A DNA stretch of 64,000 nt. Source: Dimorphilus gyrociliatus. Lineage: Eukaryota > Animalia > Annelida. The position numbers and the translations under genes are program-made. The stretch spans positions 801,777-865,776 of the forward strand of contig CAJFCJ010000024.1 of assembly GCA_904063045.1 (NCBI GenBank). Direction: 5' to 3'. Below, piece after piece: positions 1-14,491 of this stretch; position 1 is the stretch's first letter, and the number at the start of each line of letters is the position of its first letter. The notes under the pieces are model-generated. The model worked only from the letters and a program-made list of their open reading frames with translations, made no database searches and had not been told where the DNA came from.

Positions 1-29
1 ACCTCTCATTACATAATCTGTTCTTTCAG

Positions 30-2552
30 GCATGTGCTCAAGCAGGAGTAGAAATTCCACGTTTTTGCTATCATGAACGCCTGTCTATTGCTGGAAATTG
101 CAGAATGTGTTTGGTTGAGGTTGAACGCTCTCCCAAGCCCGTTGCAAGCTGCGCTATGCCTGTTATGAAGGGAATGAAAATTAAGACAGACTCTCCAATA
201 ACAAAAAAAGCAAGAGAAGGCGTTATGGAATTTCTACTAGTAAACCATCCTTTAGATTGTCCTATTTGTGATCAAGGAGGAGAATGTGATCTGCAAGTAA
301 GTAAAATATTCACTCACATATATACTGTATAATATAAAAACTGTATAAATGTATACATATATATATTTTTTCAGGATCAATCGATGAATTTTGGATCGGA
401 TAAAAGTAGATTTACTGATAACCAATTTCTGGGGAAACGAGCCGTTGAAGATAAAGATATTGGGCCATTAGTGAAAACTATTATGACGAGATGTATTCAA
501 TGTACTAGATGTGTTAGATTCGCTAACGAAATAGCTGGAGTCAGCGACTTAGGTACAACAGGACGTGGTAATGATCTACAAGTAAATACATCTTCATTTA
601 TTGTATCTCTTTTAGTAACAATATTAAATACTTATTAAGATCGGCACTTATGTTGAAAAAATGTTTAAATCCGAATTGTCTGGAAATGTCATCGATATCT
701 GTCCAGTTGGAGCTCTTACATCTAAGCCTTATGCTTTTGTTGCCAGACCATGGGAGCTTAGGTATTTGATTTAATATACCTATAATACCATATATCAGCT
801 CTTGTTAATTAATTCTTTCATTAGACGAGTCGACAGTATTGATACAATGGATGCTGTGGGCAGTAATATCGTAGTTTGTACAAGAGGGGGAGATATCATG
901 AGAATTTTACCAAGGATTCATGAGGTACGCTAATTCGTTGAATTTTGAGAATTAACAATAACGTTCTTTTTCTATTCGTTTAGGGTATCAATGAAGAATG
1001 GTTGGCAGATAAGAGTCGATTCTCGTACGACGGCTTGAAAAGACAAAGACTAACATCTCCAATGATTAAAGACGAGTCGGGAAATTTAATAAGCGTTGAC
1101 TGGGAAACAGCATTACTTAGGGTGTGCGACGCAGTATGTTTCTTAAAATATAATATTAAACTAAGTTAACTGATTTCTTGCAATTAACTTTTAACAGATA
1201 ACATCTGTGAAAGGAGCAGAAATAGCAGCCATTGCAGGTGGTCAGGTAGATGCTGAGGCACTTATTGCCATGAAAGATTTGTTAAACAAATTGGGAAGCG
1301 AATCTTTAAACACTGAAGAAATATTCCCCATGGACGGTTCCGGAACTGATTTAAGATCCAACTATCTATTGAATTCTTCAATTGAAGGTATTGAAGAATC
1401 CGATGCTATCCTGTTGATTGGATGCAATCCTAGATATGAGGCTCCCTTATTAAATGCAAGAATACGTAAAGCGTATGTATAATTATTAAATTTTCTTTAT
1501 GGGACATTTTAAAAAAATGGTTTGTATTTGATAGCTTCATTCATAACGAAATTGAAGTAGGATATTTGGGACCGAAAATTGATTTAAGCTATAATTATCA
1601 ACACTTGGGAGACACAACAACCAGCTTAGAAAATATTAAATCATCACAATTTTATAAGGAACATTTGAGCAAGGCCAAAAAGCCTATGATAATCCTCGGT
1701 AGTTCTGCTCTCCAAAGAGCGGACGGTACTGCAGTTTTTGCTAAAACTCAGCAAATTAGCAATGAGTTAAAGGAAGCCGGTAGTTCCTGGCGGGTGTTGA
1801 ACGTTCTACAGCGTGTAGCAAGTCAAGTTGCTGCCCTAGATATTGGTTATAGACCAGGCGTGGAAAATGTAAGAAATAATAAACCGAAGGTATTATTCTT
1901 ACTACATGCCGATAACGAAACTGTTAGACGCGAAGATTTAGGCAAAGACTGTGTTGTTATTTATCAAGGTAGTATTTGTTTCATTGTTAAATTCATATGA
2001 ATAGCCTGAAGTAACTTTACTTTTTTTTTTCTGCGATCAACAGGATCACATGGTGATCAAGGTGCTCTTATGGCAGATATTGTATTACCAGGAGCAGCCT
2101 ACACAGAAAAGGAAGGAACATACGTTAATACCGAAGGACGAGCTCAAAGAACCCTGGTAGCAGTGAATCCTCCAGGTTTAGCTAGAAACGATTGGAGAAT
2201 CACTAGAGCACTATCCGAGGTAGATTTACTCATATCTTTGAAATGAAAGTTTTGGAAAAAACAACTTTTTTTGTTTTAGATGATTGGTCAACCACTTTCG
2301 TACGATAACACTAACGAAATCCGTGATAGGTTGGCTGAGATGTCACCAAATCTGGTTAAATTTGATACCGTTGAAGAGGCAAATTATTTCAAGCAGTCTG
2401 AGGAATTATTCAAAGATATAAAAGAAAAAATCAAGCAAGATTCATTCTCTCTGCCAATGATACAGTTAAAAGATTATTTCATGACTGATCCCATAACCAG
2501 AGCTTCCCCAACTATGGCTCAGTGTGTAAAAGCAAATAACAAGGAAGCATGA
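30..2552 (+). CDS. NDUFS1: NADH:ubiquinone oxidoreductase 75 kDa Fe-S subunit, multi-exon, 5' part upstream of the window
   Basis: GT-AG exons 30-296, 375-581, 640-761, 825-924, 984-1133, 1198-1472, 1535-1968, 2044-2219 and 2280-2552 join in frame. Fe-S motifs [47 protein letters not shown] and DICPVGALT are present, plus [25 protein letters not shown]. Confidence 0.97.
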
Positions 2553-2578
2553 AAGTGTATATTTACGAGTTTAAGATG

Positions 2579-2584
2579 AATAAA
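2579..2584 (+). terminator. Probable polyadenylation signal of NDUFS1
   Basis: AATAAA 26 nt after the TGA stop. Confidence 0.5.
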
Positions 2585-2632
2585 AGACTGTATTATGTAT
2601 AATAATATATTAAAGAAAAAAATCATAATATG

Positions 2633-3335
2633 CTAATTAGAAATCGTAGAACCGATCATTCTATGATATTCTGCAGGAGTTCTAAAGTCTTTAGGTAGAA
2701 CTATATATTTCTTGTTATTTATATACATAGAACCAGTCAATGTTTTATAGCTATATTTCTCTCCTCTTTGAACTACATCTTTTGACTGAAAAGTAAAACT
2801 TCTCTTTCGGAGAAACGAATTAAAAGTTGTACCCGTATAGATTTTGGTTTCTTTATTTAAAGTAGTCTTCACTAAAGTTTTCCGAGTTATTCCATGTACG
2901 AATAACATCATACCAATGGCAGCAATTCCCTGTATTAATTTATTAGTATTGGGATCTCTCTGATTTATCTGCAAAAGCCAACGGTAATAAATGAAAACCA
3001 TTTACATTAAACACCTACTTCAAGATTTATAATAATTTTCCAATCAATACCTATACCAGCAAGTACTGCTGTTACAATGCCTGTTAATGTACAACCAATA
3101 TGACCCAAAACAATGTAATTTTTAAAGCTGCAACTTTGTACTAAAAGATCTTTGGTTTGTTGCGTAGTTGGTGAAGTTTTCACATTGTTAGATAAGAAGC
3201 GTAAAGATGAGAGTTTTAGATAGTCCACTACTTTACTCTATTGAGATTTCAAATAGACATTAAGTTTTTTAAATATATAAAGGAAATAAATAAACTTGCC
3301 CGCAATGTTTTCCTGCTCACATGTATTATATTCAT
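2633..3335 (-). CDS. TMEM70: TMEM70-like mitochondrial inner-membrane assembly factor (3 exons)
   Basis: Exons about 3300-3335, 3019-3237 and 2633-2968. Basic presequence-like N-terminus (MNIIHVSRKTLR..LSSLRFLS) and two hydrophobic segments. The C-terminus ETKIYTGTTFNSFL..FTFQSKDV..KKYIVLPKDFRTPAEYHRMIG resembles recalled human TMEM70 (TDTYKAITYNAML..VFHQNDV..LLVNPVLFPNREDYIHLMG). Confidence 0.6.
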
Positions 3336-5300
3336 ATTATCGCTCAAGGTTATTGTTGTTCAGCCAAAAATTACAAATTCTACACTTGGTTATTAATAAA
3401 TATTGTATATATTAATCAAAATATATAATTTCAATTAAATTAATTATTTAGTAGCAATAATTTATGTTTAGATGCCGTATAGTTATCTTAATAAAATATT
3501 TTTAATATACCGAAACAAAATATTCCGAAATGACACCAGTATAGTATTTTTCCAAAAAAACGAACGAAATAATTATAAAACTTTTAAATTAAGTACAATT
3601 GTATTTATGTAATATGAGTGAAGAAGATTAAATAATTACAATAAAGTAAAACAACGCGAAAATGACTGACTTTTGTAAATTGTATGAAAAATTTGTAAAA
3701 CTTATTAATATTTATAGAGAAGAATTAGTAAAGTCTGATCATGTATGATTAGTATGAATCTACTAAAGTCATATTTTAGAATAATAAATAAATAAATAAG
3801 TATATAGTGTCTAATAAAAAAGATTTTATTAATAGTTTTTTATGAGATAGGATGAAATTGTAGACAACAATTAATGTTTTAATTATGAATATGGCATGTT
3901 GTTATCCTTAGTCGTACGAGTCAAGATAATGTTAAAAATAAAAGTAGAAATAAATTATAAAAATCAATAGTTACAATTATTCAAATTTCATATTTGTATG
4001 TTATCTCTTTTAAAAACATCATACTATTATTTATTAGTTCAGTTTATTATACTTGACCTATTCTCGTTTGAACGTAAGATTTGATAGAAAGATTAATTTG
4101 TTCATTTAAAGAAAACTAGTTTAATTTCATATTTATTTTTAAAACAATACGTTTTGTTTATTATATCATTTTTTTTTGCCTCTAAACTTCATTAATCGTG
4201 TTTTAATAAGAAATTTATTATAATATGAAACATATGTATTAATTTTAACTCATAGGCTTAATAGAATAAGGTATTCTCACTGAATCTTGAACACCTTATA
4301 TTGTTTTTATATCTTTATACGAGTTAGGATCGCCGTTGTTTTGAACGAAAAAAACAAGAAAAATACGTACCGTACAATATATCGGTCAATGTCTTCATTT
4401 TGCAGATAAGCTAAAAAACAGAAAAAATACTATTTACAGACATAACTTACTCTTCTTATTTATCTGTTAATCCCATTTTTAAGATATTGCGTGTTCCTTT
4501 TAACCTAATGAACTAAAAGAAAAAAAAATAGATAACAAAATTCATTCTATAGGGTCAGATAAACACGACGATATACTTCAAATTACAAAGATTGAAGGCC
4601 TAACTCAAATAGAAAAATGTATAACAAATTGAGACAAATAGCAAAAGCTAGTCTAAAAAAATGATTTCTGATATAAAAGAAAATGAGAAGGGAATTTCAA
4701 CAACTTTTTCTGTTAATATAATGAATTTGCGTTGTACTTAAAATAGAAATTCTTATTAATTAATTATCTACTAGATTTACTATCCTATATAATTTATTTT
4801 AAAATGATGTTTTTGATCTTTTTACAATTTGATTATGATGATTTATGCCTGAAAATATAATTGTTATCTTAAATGACTTCAAAAGGTACGATTCAAAAGT
4901 AACAAAATGCAAAGATCTGTGAAGGAAAATTCGGAGGGGCGGAGAGTCCTTAGAGAATGGTTGTTATTGATGTGGCCATGAATTCGGAAGTAGGCAGTCA
5001 TAGGGGAGGAGATTTGAATAACAACCAACTAATACTTTATATTTTATTACCTTAAAATAGATAGCGAACAGAGTATCTTAAAATATTTATTGTATAAATG
5101 TAGGTTTGTATATTAAAAAGAAAAAAATTTGAAACAATAAATAATCAAGAGAGAACTCAACAGACAAAACTGAGGTTTCTTTTTCACAACAAATACTGTC
5201 TGCTTAATAGCCACAAAAAAAATTGAATGACTGGTAAAATGCAATATGGAGTATAAAAAGAAAGGGCATTGAATTAATTAGTTTTCTATCCTTATCAAGT

Positions 5301-7916
5301 TTAAATATTTGGAGGGGATAATTGTCCAACTGCAAGTAGAACACCTTGTGATAATTTTTTCTTTTCTTTTTTAACACTTATGTCTTGAACGTCTTTTACT
5401 TCGGTGAGAGCGTATGTTTTTGTTATAGTTTTTTCTCCATCTCTTACTCTTACGGTAACAGATTCCACATTTTCAATCTTTTCGCCTAGGGCTAATGGAT
5501 GATTGTCTCTCACTCTTTCAATTTTAAGACTCTTTCTAGAAGAGCTTCGTCCAGCTACTCTAGGTCTCCTTCTGCCCTTTTCATCCTCTGGACTATGAAT
5601 ATTGGAAGTGGGAGCAGAATGTATATCGCGATTTCTTTTACAATCTCTTCCTCTTTCTACTTCAGTGTTGTCTTCGGACTTTGAGGAGGTAAATTCAAAA
5701 AGACTAGGATTAGTTCTATGTCGAAAATATTCCGCTGTATCACTACAAATAGATTCCGTATCGGATAAGAGATCTGTTGAATAAACTGAAGCATCATCGG
5801 GATGATCATCTGTCATAATGAAACAATTGGTTAAAAACTGCACAAAAATAAAAGAACAAACTAAACGCTTAAATAGCAAAAAAAATGAAATTATAATTAA
5901 TTATTATAAACACCTAAATTAATGGAGGCAAGATCTGATAATTTATCCACCTCTGCACCAACACCGGGCGTTCTTGGTGGTAAAATATTTTTTATATTTC
6001 TCTTTCTTCTGATATCGTCAGATATTTTTTCTAGTCGCTATAAATAACATCAAAGTAATTATTCATTAACGATTAATAATATAAATTATAGTATTAAACA
6101 GTATGCTTTATACCATCAAACAATTTGAATACTGTTGTTTGGCTTCAATGATTTCTTTCTGATTTAATTCTATTTCACTTTTCTGTTGCTGTACGATGTA
6201 TAAGAATAGTCAGCTACTTTCATATATTTTATAAATATAAACCTCTAATATATGTTCTAGCTTTTCCTTAGTATCAAAATAAGGTTTAGCTTTCCCAATA
6301 CTCAAAGGCATTTTCCTTTCCAATTCTCTTACTCGTTGCTGCGTTCCGGAATATTCTACGGCTTTAACTTTATGAATTTCTTCCAATTGTGTTTTACTAT
6401 TTTCAGCATCCATAAACTATTTAAAGATAAATATTAGAATAAATAAAATTTACTTGAAGAAAATACAAAAAACATGTAATATGTATATATTAGTATATAT
6501 TTATATCTATAAATTTATATGCCCTTTTACAGAATCGATACGAAATAGCCCGATTCCAATGAAGCTTTAATCAAATATAATAGCATATCAATGACGTTGT
6601 CCCTTAACCATTATGGAAACCTTTAAGGTTAATAGATTGTAAACTTCTTTCATGGGATTTAGTTCATGCCAAACCTTTCGAGATATGTATATATACTATA
6701 TATATATATATATATATAACTTATATACAAATTTAATTAATTCAATACTTTTTCATTACACATTTGTCAAAGAGCAATAAGAACCACTCTATTGAGTGGG
6801 AAGTATCTCTAAGAAACGTCACTCAATCTTAATATAGACAAATACATCTATATGTGAAAAAAAAAGCCTTTTTTATACCTTAATCGTAGCATGATTCATC
6901 ATTTCTTGCCAAGCTGGATCTAATATCCTTTTATCCTCTCCAGGATTTTCCTCCATTTCAATTTTTAACCTTTTTTCAGCAATACAAACAGTTTCCTTAG
7001 CGGCTCTATAACGATCTATTGCCATTTGGTATTCCTTCGCAGCTGTTTGAGCTTGTGAATGAGCCTTTGTTGAGAGAAAAAAAATAATTTTTTTTTATAA
7101 TTTATGAATAAAAAATTATTTTTAAAATCAATAAAAAAAAAGTTCCTTGAAACTGAAACATTGATAGAATTAGAGATGAAGTGGTTTAGGGTAGATGTAA
7201 GAGAATATCAATATACGTGTATATGTACCTTTTTAGCCTCTCTAACAGCCTCGTAATAGGGTCTAGCCTTGTTGACTGCGCTCTTTAGTTTTCTGTACAT
7301 AGCATTCATAGTTTCTGTTGATTCCTTCATTTGAATGCGAAAATTCCTTCTAGAAACCTGTAGAAATATTTTTATATAGTGTAAGAAATGTTTCTAGGTT
7401 GGTCTTTAACATTTTTAAGCAAAGAAGGTTATATGATATATAAGTAGAACGAATATCTGTGTAGATACATTATATAACATATATATTAGTATATATACAG
7501 GATACTGTATATCTTTTTTTATATCAGACTTAATTAATCCTTTCTTGAGTAGAAATCAATTGCCATTGTTAACGAAAAAAGGTGAGTAAAATTTAAGTAA
7601 AATACTGATTTCGATCCAGATTATAGAATAAATAGGCCGAAACTTTCATTGCGGTTGTTCAACTTTTTTTTTCTGATACATATATAAAATATTATTCTAT
7701 GTTCATTACCTCCAATACGTTCTCCAATTTGTTTATTTCCGTAGCAGTGTCATTCATACATTCTAATTCGGCCTATGGAATATTTTTTTAAATGGTTGTA
7801 TTATCTTATCTAATTAAAAGAGTATATACTTGAACTCTAGGATCCATTTCCTCATTATCATCTGGATGATCATCGTCTTCGTTCTCTGTAGTTGGATTAA
7901 CTTCATCTCTATCCAT
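5301..7916 (-). CDS. SH3BP5: SH3 domain-binding protein 5 / parcas family (Rab11 GEF), multi-exon
   Basis: ATG at 7916 (MDRDEVNP..DPRVQ|AELECMN..EINKLE). Later motifs AVNKARPYYE, DPAWQEMMNHAT, SIGKAKPYFD and ISDDIRRKR..GVGAE match the SH3BP5 coiled-coil domain. Low-complexity last exon ends at 5301. Confidence 0.9.
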
Positions 7917-8335
7917 TATGATATCTTAAAACCTAGTCGACTGTTAGGATTTCATAACAACATATCTTTTCTTAGCTGAAAGCTTGTTGCATTAATAATG
8001 AAAATCAGATGTCCCGTGCAGTACCAGTAATCGACTGCGTCTACAAGCCATGGGAACACCGTACCTGTTCAGAAATATAACGTACACGACAGATGACACT
8101 AGTAGCGCATTTAATATATTTTATCGATATCAATATTTGAATAAGATATTTATAGAGCCCATACGTATATTTTAATTTTGAAAATAAAATTATTCACAAA
8201 TTATTAATATCTCGAAAGAAAAGGAACAAAGTAAAATAGTACAAAAGAATATTTTTTTACAGTTGTTGGTGTTCCAATTTCTGTTTAAATCTTTAAATTT
8301 GCTGACTACGTTTAAAATTAACTTTAATTTGGATA

Positions 8336-11300
8336 ATGTCCGAAATTATAGTAATTGAGGAAGCTAATAGAGATGATACCGAACAACAAGTATTGGTGAC
8401 GAGCGACCTCTATGGAAACACAGAGAAAAGTTACCTTAAGTCGTCTGGTAATTAGTTAACTACTTATTTTGTCCTAATACTAGTCTACAATATTGCTCAA
8501 GTTATACTTTAATTTATAATATGTAATAACGTAAAACTTTAATTGACAAAAGAATATATTGAACTATTCAATATTATAATAATTCATAAAAGAATAGTTG
8601 CCTATTTAGCAAAAAAGAAAAGTATTCTTAATTAATGAAAGTAATAATAAACTTTCCTTATAGGCTACCAGCTAATAAGAGACACTGACAACGAAGGTAT
8701 TAAATGCTATGCAATAAGAAACAGCAATATTAAATGGCTTTGGTTTAGCCTTTTTTTATATTGTTATTTTTTTTCATATTTCAAATGGTATTTTATATAA
8801 ACTATATATATAATATATAGAATTTCTATCAGTTATTTCCCCATCATCAGCTCATTTAGAAGATTTTTGGGGGGGGGCGAAAAGAACAAAATACACCGCC
8901 TAATTCTTTTCAATACCCTAAAACATAATAAAACACAAAAGCTTTAAAAAAAAAAGAGGTTTGAGGTTCACTATTTTTATTTTGATTTCTTTTTAGTGTT
9001 AATATTTCCATTATTTTTGCTTTTTTGTCTTTTTGTGGTTTAGTCTTTAAGTTGTTATATTCTTATTTCTCTTGTTCTATTATATATTAAAGCTTAGCTG
9101 TATATTTCTCTACTATTCTTGCCTTATTTCCTTTCTTTCCTGCAAGCTTTGCAAGCTACAGTCATATATTAGTACTTGTTAATATTCTTCAACTATAGAA
9201 GTGCTTAAAATTTATTTATATATATATATATATATACATTATTTATTCTATTCAATTTTATTCACAGATATTGAACAAATTGAACAGCGCACTGAAAAAG
9301 TTGAGAATCCTTATCTAAATCATGATGATGATAGTGAAGAGGTAAAAAAAAAAAGAAAAATTGATTCATTAATATTATAACGTCATGAAATATTCTTTTT
9401 ATTCTTTTCTTAATTAGTATAAGAAAATATTATATATATACTTTGTATATAACTATGCAAAATATAGCAATCATGCTAAAAAAGACATAAGCATGCAGAT
9501 GATTCCGAACGAATCACGAATTCTTAGGCTTTATGAATTATATATTTTTTTTCATGAATATATCATGAAGATGTGATGTGTGAGGTAGATGCGTCTGAGA
9601 GTTGAATCTGTCTAGGGCGTGGTATTGGCAGTAATATTCAGAATATGAAAAGATGAACATTAAAGCATTTCAACGAAATAATCATAAAAAAAAAAAAATT
9701 CAACTTATTACCGAAATTGAGGTTTTATTTAAAAAAATAGAAAGGTATCTTTAATATATTTCTGTATTTTTCTCTTGTCTTTTTTCAGGGTCGACGTCTG
9801 TTCTTTAAAGATGAGGTCAGGAGAATTGATTATATACTTGCTTGGTCAGGTAGCGATACGGATGAAGATGCCAAAATAAGAGAATGTTTTGAGAATAATC
9901 TAAGGGAAGAAGGATTGGAATTAGAATGCGACGTTCGGGTAATTAGACGTTTTTGTTGTATCCATTATAATGATGAATAAGCAAATTTTCCGTACTTTAC
10001 ATTTATTCATTTTAAACTTCTCTTTGTTGATTGTTTCATTTTGTTTTCTCTTTTTTTTTTAAAAAAATTCAAGGGTGAAATGCACTATGTAAAAGTCCAC
10101 GCAACTTGGGAAGTGTTGACAAGGTATGCGGAAATAATGCAATTAAGATTACCTATGAGAGAGGTTCCAGAAGATAACAATACTCACAATTTTTTGGATC
10201 GAGTTAAGAATGACTTATATAATTGGTTAAAAAAACCGTTCAGACTGAACGAAACTCTTGTACCAATTATACCTAAAAAGTTTACATGCGTTTTTCAAAG
10301 GGATAAAGAATACTTGTAAGATACTAAAATAATCTCTCTCTCTCTTCTAATATCTAATTTAATTCTTTAATAAAAATATTCAATAGATTTGAAATTCCTG
10401 CGAAGAAGGAATTATTTTTTTCCCATGCGCAAAGATCAAGAATAGTCGAGTATATTCTTCGGAGAAAGCGTTACGTATCCGATGCTGAAGAGGATGCATA
10501 CCATTTCGGTATAACTAGACTTTTATCTAAAAAAGTCTATTTAGCCGCATACCCATTACATGAGGGCAGTTGGAAACCGTGGACAAAACCTAGTATGAGA
10601 AAACTTCTCTACGAACATTGGGCATATTGGAAAAATTTTTACAAAGAGCAACCTCTTGATTATGTTCGAATATACTTTGGTGAAAAGATTGCATTATATT
10701 TCTGTTGGCTAGGATTTTACACCTTTATGTTAATTCCTGCTTCTGTTGTTGGAATATTTGTCTTTGTTTACGGAGTGGCTACTGTTGAAAATAGTGAAAT
10801 TGCGTGAGTTTTTCACTTTTTTTTCTATACTCATCCATAATAAGCCTATTTCTATAAAACATTGTGATATTAAATTTAACTACTTTGACACTCGACTAGA
10901 TCTGAATAGGAGAATAAGAGTATAAGGACAATCAAAGTTGAATAATTAACACTAAGATTACATTATACTGTTTCCTTTTGTAATATTCTTCATCATTTAT
11001 CATAAGGGCGTAAACCTTGTTGCGAATATAGAATATCCTGATTGACGGGTCAATGACTTAGCTCTATTATCAGATATGTGATTCGAAGAAGCCCTATTCC
11101 CATTGTGACACCTTTGTATTTTAGCAATTAGCGCTATTGATTTCGCAAACGGTGAAAAGTAACAAAATTATACTGTTTTTTCTACAATAGTTTGTTAAAT
11201 ATTGCAGAGTAACGTGAACATTGTTAAATCTATCTGTACCAACTATCCTGTTTATTTATAAGTTCTCTACTATAATTTACATTGTCAAGTTATACTATAA

Positions 11301-12938
11301 AAATAACTGTAAGTTTTAATATTCGTAGCAAAGTATAGTATATCTGTCAAGTAAATTTTTATATTAATATGCAAATTTTCTCTTTTCCCCTTCGTACTTT
11401 GTTAAATATATTAATTAATTAACTAATTAAATTAATTAATTACTATATTACGTATTGAAATATCGTCAAAAATATTTTTTACTACACATATAGTCGAAAA
11501 GTAAAAAAAAAATTTTTAAGAGCCATTGCGCAATGACACGGCGTCTTTATTGTTCCATTGAAAAAATGTCATATTACGAAATTACATATCTATTATATTT
11601 GAATTATATATTATATTAATTTGTAATAAATTAATTTTAATATTAATTATTACATTCTTTTCCTTAATATTTTAACATACAGAAACGAAGCTTGCAATAG
11701 GAGTAATAAATTTTATATGTGCCCCGATTGCACAAAACGTTGTGGATATTGGGATTTAGCTGATAAATGTATGGCATTTAAAGCTGCCCATATGTTTGAT
11801 AACTTTGGTACAGTTCTATTTGCAGTCTTCATGGCCTTATGGGGTTTGTTTTCACATAATTATCAATATTAAAATTAGAAATAACATAGTGTATTATTTT
11901 ATCTTTCTATCTCTCCCGTTTCTCATCATATTACAAAAGTAATATAACTGCATAATTACGCATCTCTTCATGTTATTGCATATTAAAAACTTTTAACTTT
12001 GCCTTTTACACATATAATAGACAATATATTCACTATAGATAGTATATACGAAATATGAACAATACCATTCACCTTTATTTATTGAAAAATCAATATATAT
12101 GCTTATATATAAGAAATATATATATTTCAAATATAGGTACTATATTTCTTGAACTATGGAAACGCCGACAAGCCGAGATACAATATAAATGGAACTTAAT
12201 GAGTTTAATTAATGAAGAAGAACCGCCAAGACCAGAATATGTTGAAAGAGTTCAATCTAGAAGAACCACAAAATATAATTCTATCACTGGCGTTAGTTAC
12301 AGAAGTTGTTTAGAAAATAATACATGTATTTAAAAGTGCTCTCATTTCAGACTAGAGAACCTTATATACCCTTTAGAAATCGTTTGCCAGTGTATGCTTG
12401 TTCTGCTTCTTTAATGATGTTTATGGTTTGTTTAATCCTATATTTAATTTATTTCATTCCTTATTATCTTTCAATTTCCTTTTTTTTTTTACCTCTATTT
12501 TTTTTTTCATTAGATTTTGGTTGCAATTTGTGCCATTGTTGCTATTATTGTTTACAGAACTTCTATTATGACAAAACTATTGTTAGAGGATCACTATTTC
12601 TTTTTCTATAAATATGCTACTATTATTGCATCTATAACAGCAGCCACCCTGAATTTGATAGTCATATTTCTACTGAAATTTGTAAGATAATCATTTTTAT
12701 CTTAAATTACTGTTCTATTCTACAATTTATTTGAAAAGGTATATGAAAAAGCTGCTGTTTGGCTAACTGATTGGGAATGCTTCAGAACTCAAAGTGAATT
12801 CGAGACTAGTCTAATATTGAAATTATATGTTCTACAATTTGTCAATTACTATTCTGCTTTATTCTACATAGCATTCTTTAAAGGACGGTTGGTTTTATCA
12901 TTAATTATCTATTGTAGATACTGCTATATGTTTATATA

Positions 12939-12978
<40 letters not shown>

Positions 12979-14491
12979 GATTTGCTGGAAGACCAGGGGA
13001 TTATAATTATATTTTAGGAGCAAGACAAGAGGAATGTGATGCTACTGGATGTTTAATTGAACTTTGTATTCAATTAGGCGTTGTTTTCATCGGAAAGCAA
13101 CTTTTATATAATGTTGTTGAAATTTTATTACCGTAAGTTATATTGATAAATAACTCAATTTTATTGTATTTTCTCTCATATATTCTTCATTCTAGTCGGG
13201 CCAATAAACTCTTTCGGACATGCTATATGAAATTCTCCGAACAACAAACCTTAACAGACGAAGAGAGGCGTAATAGGAAACCTTGGGAGAAAGATTTTGT
13301 CTTAGAACCTTTTGGAACTTTTGGACTATTCAATGAATATATGGAAATATGTAATGAAAAATATATACTATTATAATATACGCTTTAATATTTAATTAAT
13401 GACTAACTTTATCAATGGCTAGTGATACAATTTGGATTCGTTACACTTTTTGTGGCTGCATTTCCACTGGCTCCCCTCTTTGCTTTAATTAATAATGTTA
13501 TCGAGATCCGATCCGATGCGAACAAATTTGTAACAGTTATCAGAAGACCTAAAGCAGCACAATCGAAGGATATAGGAATGTGGTATAATGTATTATATAT
13601 TATATCAAGGATATCTTGCGTTACTAACGTTCGTTGTTTACTATTAAAATATCATTTGTCATCCAGTTATAAACGAACAAATTACACCACAGGCTTTTAT
13701 TATTGCTTTTACATCTGGATTTATCGATAGATTGGTCTATTCAATTGCTGTTAGCAAAGATGGAACGTTAAAAGGTTTTATCAATCATACGTTGGCTCAT
13801 TTTGACGTATCCAATTTTACTGAAGAAGATAGACCATCGAATAATAATTCACAATTTAAAAATATTACCTGGTGCAGGTAAGAGATTCTTTCAATTACTT
13901 TCTATAAATACACATATCAACAATTTTCTTTTGAAGATATAAAGCATATAGACAAGCACCTTGGTCCAGTTCTCCTTATAGTTATTCTCTTTCCTATTGG
14001 CATGTTCTAGCCGCTCAATTCGTGTTTATTGTAATATTTGAGGTAAAAGACATAACTGTATTTTATGAATTTATTTCTGTTACAATAATATGGATTTTCT
14101 TTTCTATTATCAGAATATGGCGGTACTTATTACAAGTTTAATAGCTTACTTCATCCCCGATATGCCGTCCAGGGTTAAAGACATGTATAGGAGGGAAGCT
14201 TTCCTATATAATGATATTGTTATGAAAACTGAATTGGCTATTGCTAAAGGAGATATCGCACCTTTAACTGACGATATGATACAAGGTATCAGGAGAAGGA
14301 CAACAATCATGTCTAAATTTCTTCCTTCAAGGAGTTTAGATGAAACTGGTAGATTGAGTGCTACGGATAGTGATAAAGATGTTACTTATACGCCGTTGCG
14401 AAAGAAGAAACACAAGTTTGAAAAGCAGATGTCGGAAAGTGTTCAAGTTCAAGTGACATCCACAGATAATGATACTACAGTAAAGGCCTAG
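8336..14491 (+). CDS. Anoctamin/TMEM16 Ca2+-activated channel or scramblase, multi-exon
   Basis: Motifs [81 protein letters not shown]|[38 protein letters not shown]. The acidic Ca2+ ligands of TM6-8 appear retained. First exons inferred at 8336-8457, 8664-8696 and 9268-9341. Paralog not assignable by eye. Confidence 0.93.

Noticed and set aside
5499-5784. ORFs 5499-5684 (+) and 5602-5784 (+)
   Set aside because: Antisense to the SH3BP5 last exon, with no independent support.
9575-9605. TGAGGTAG (let-7 seed) and box C/D-like words in an anoctamin intron
   Set aside because: The rest of mature let-7 does not match, I see no convincing hairpin, and box C is non-canonical.
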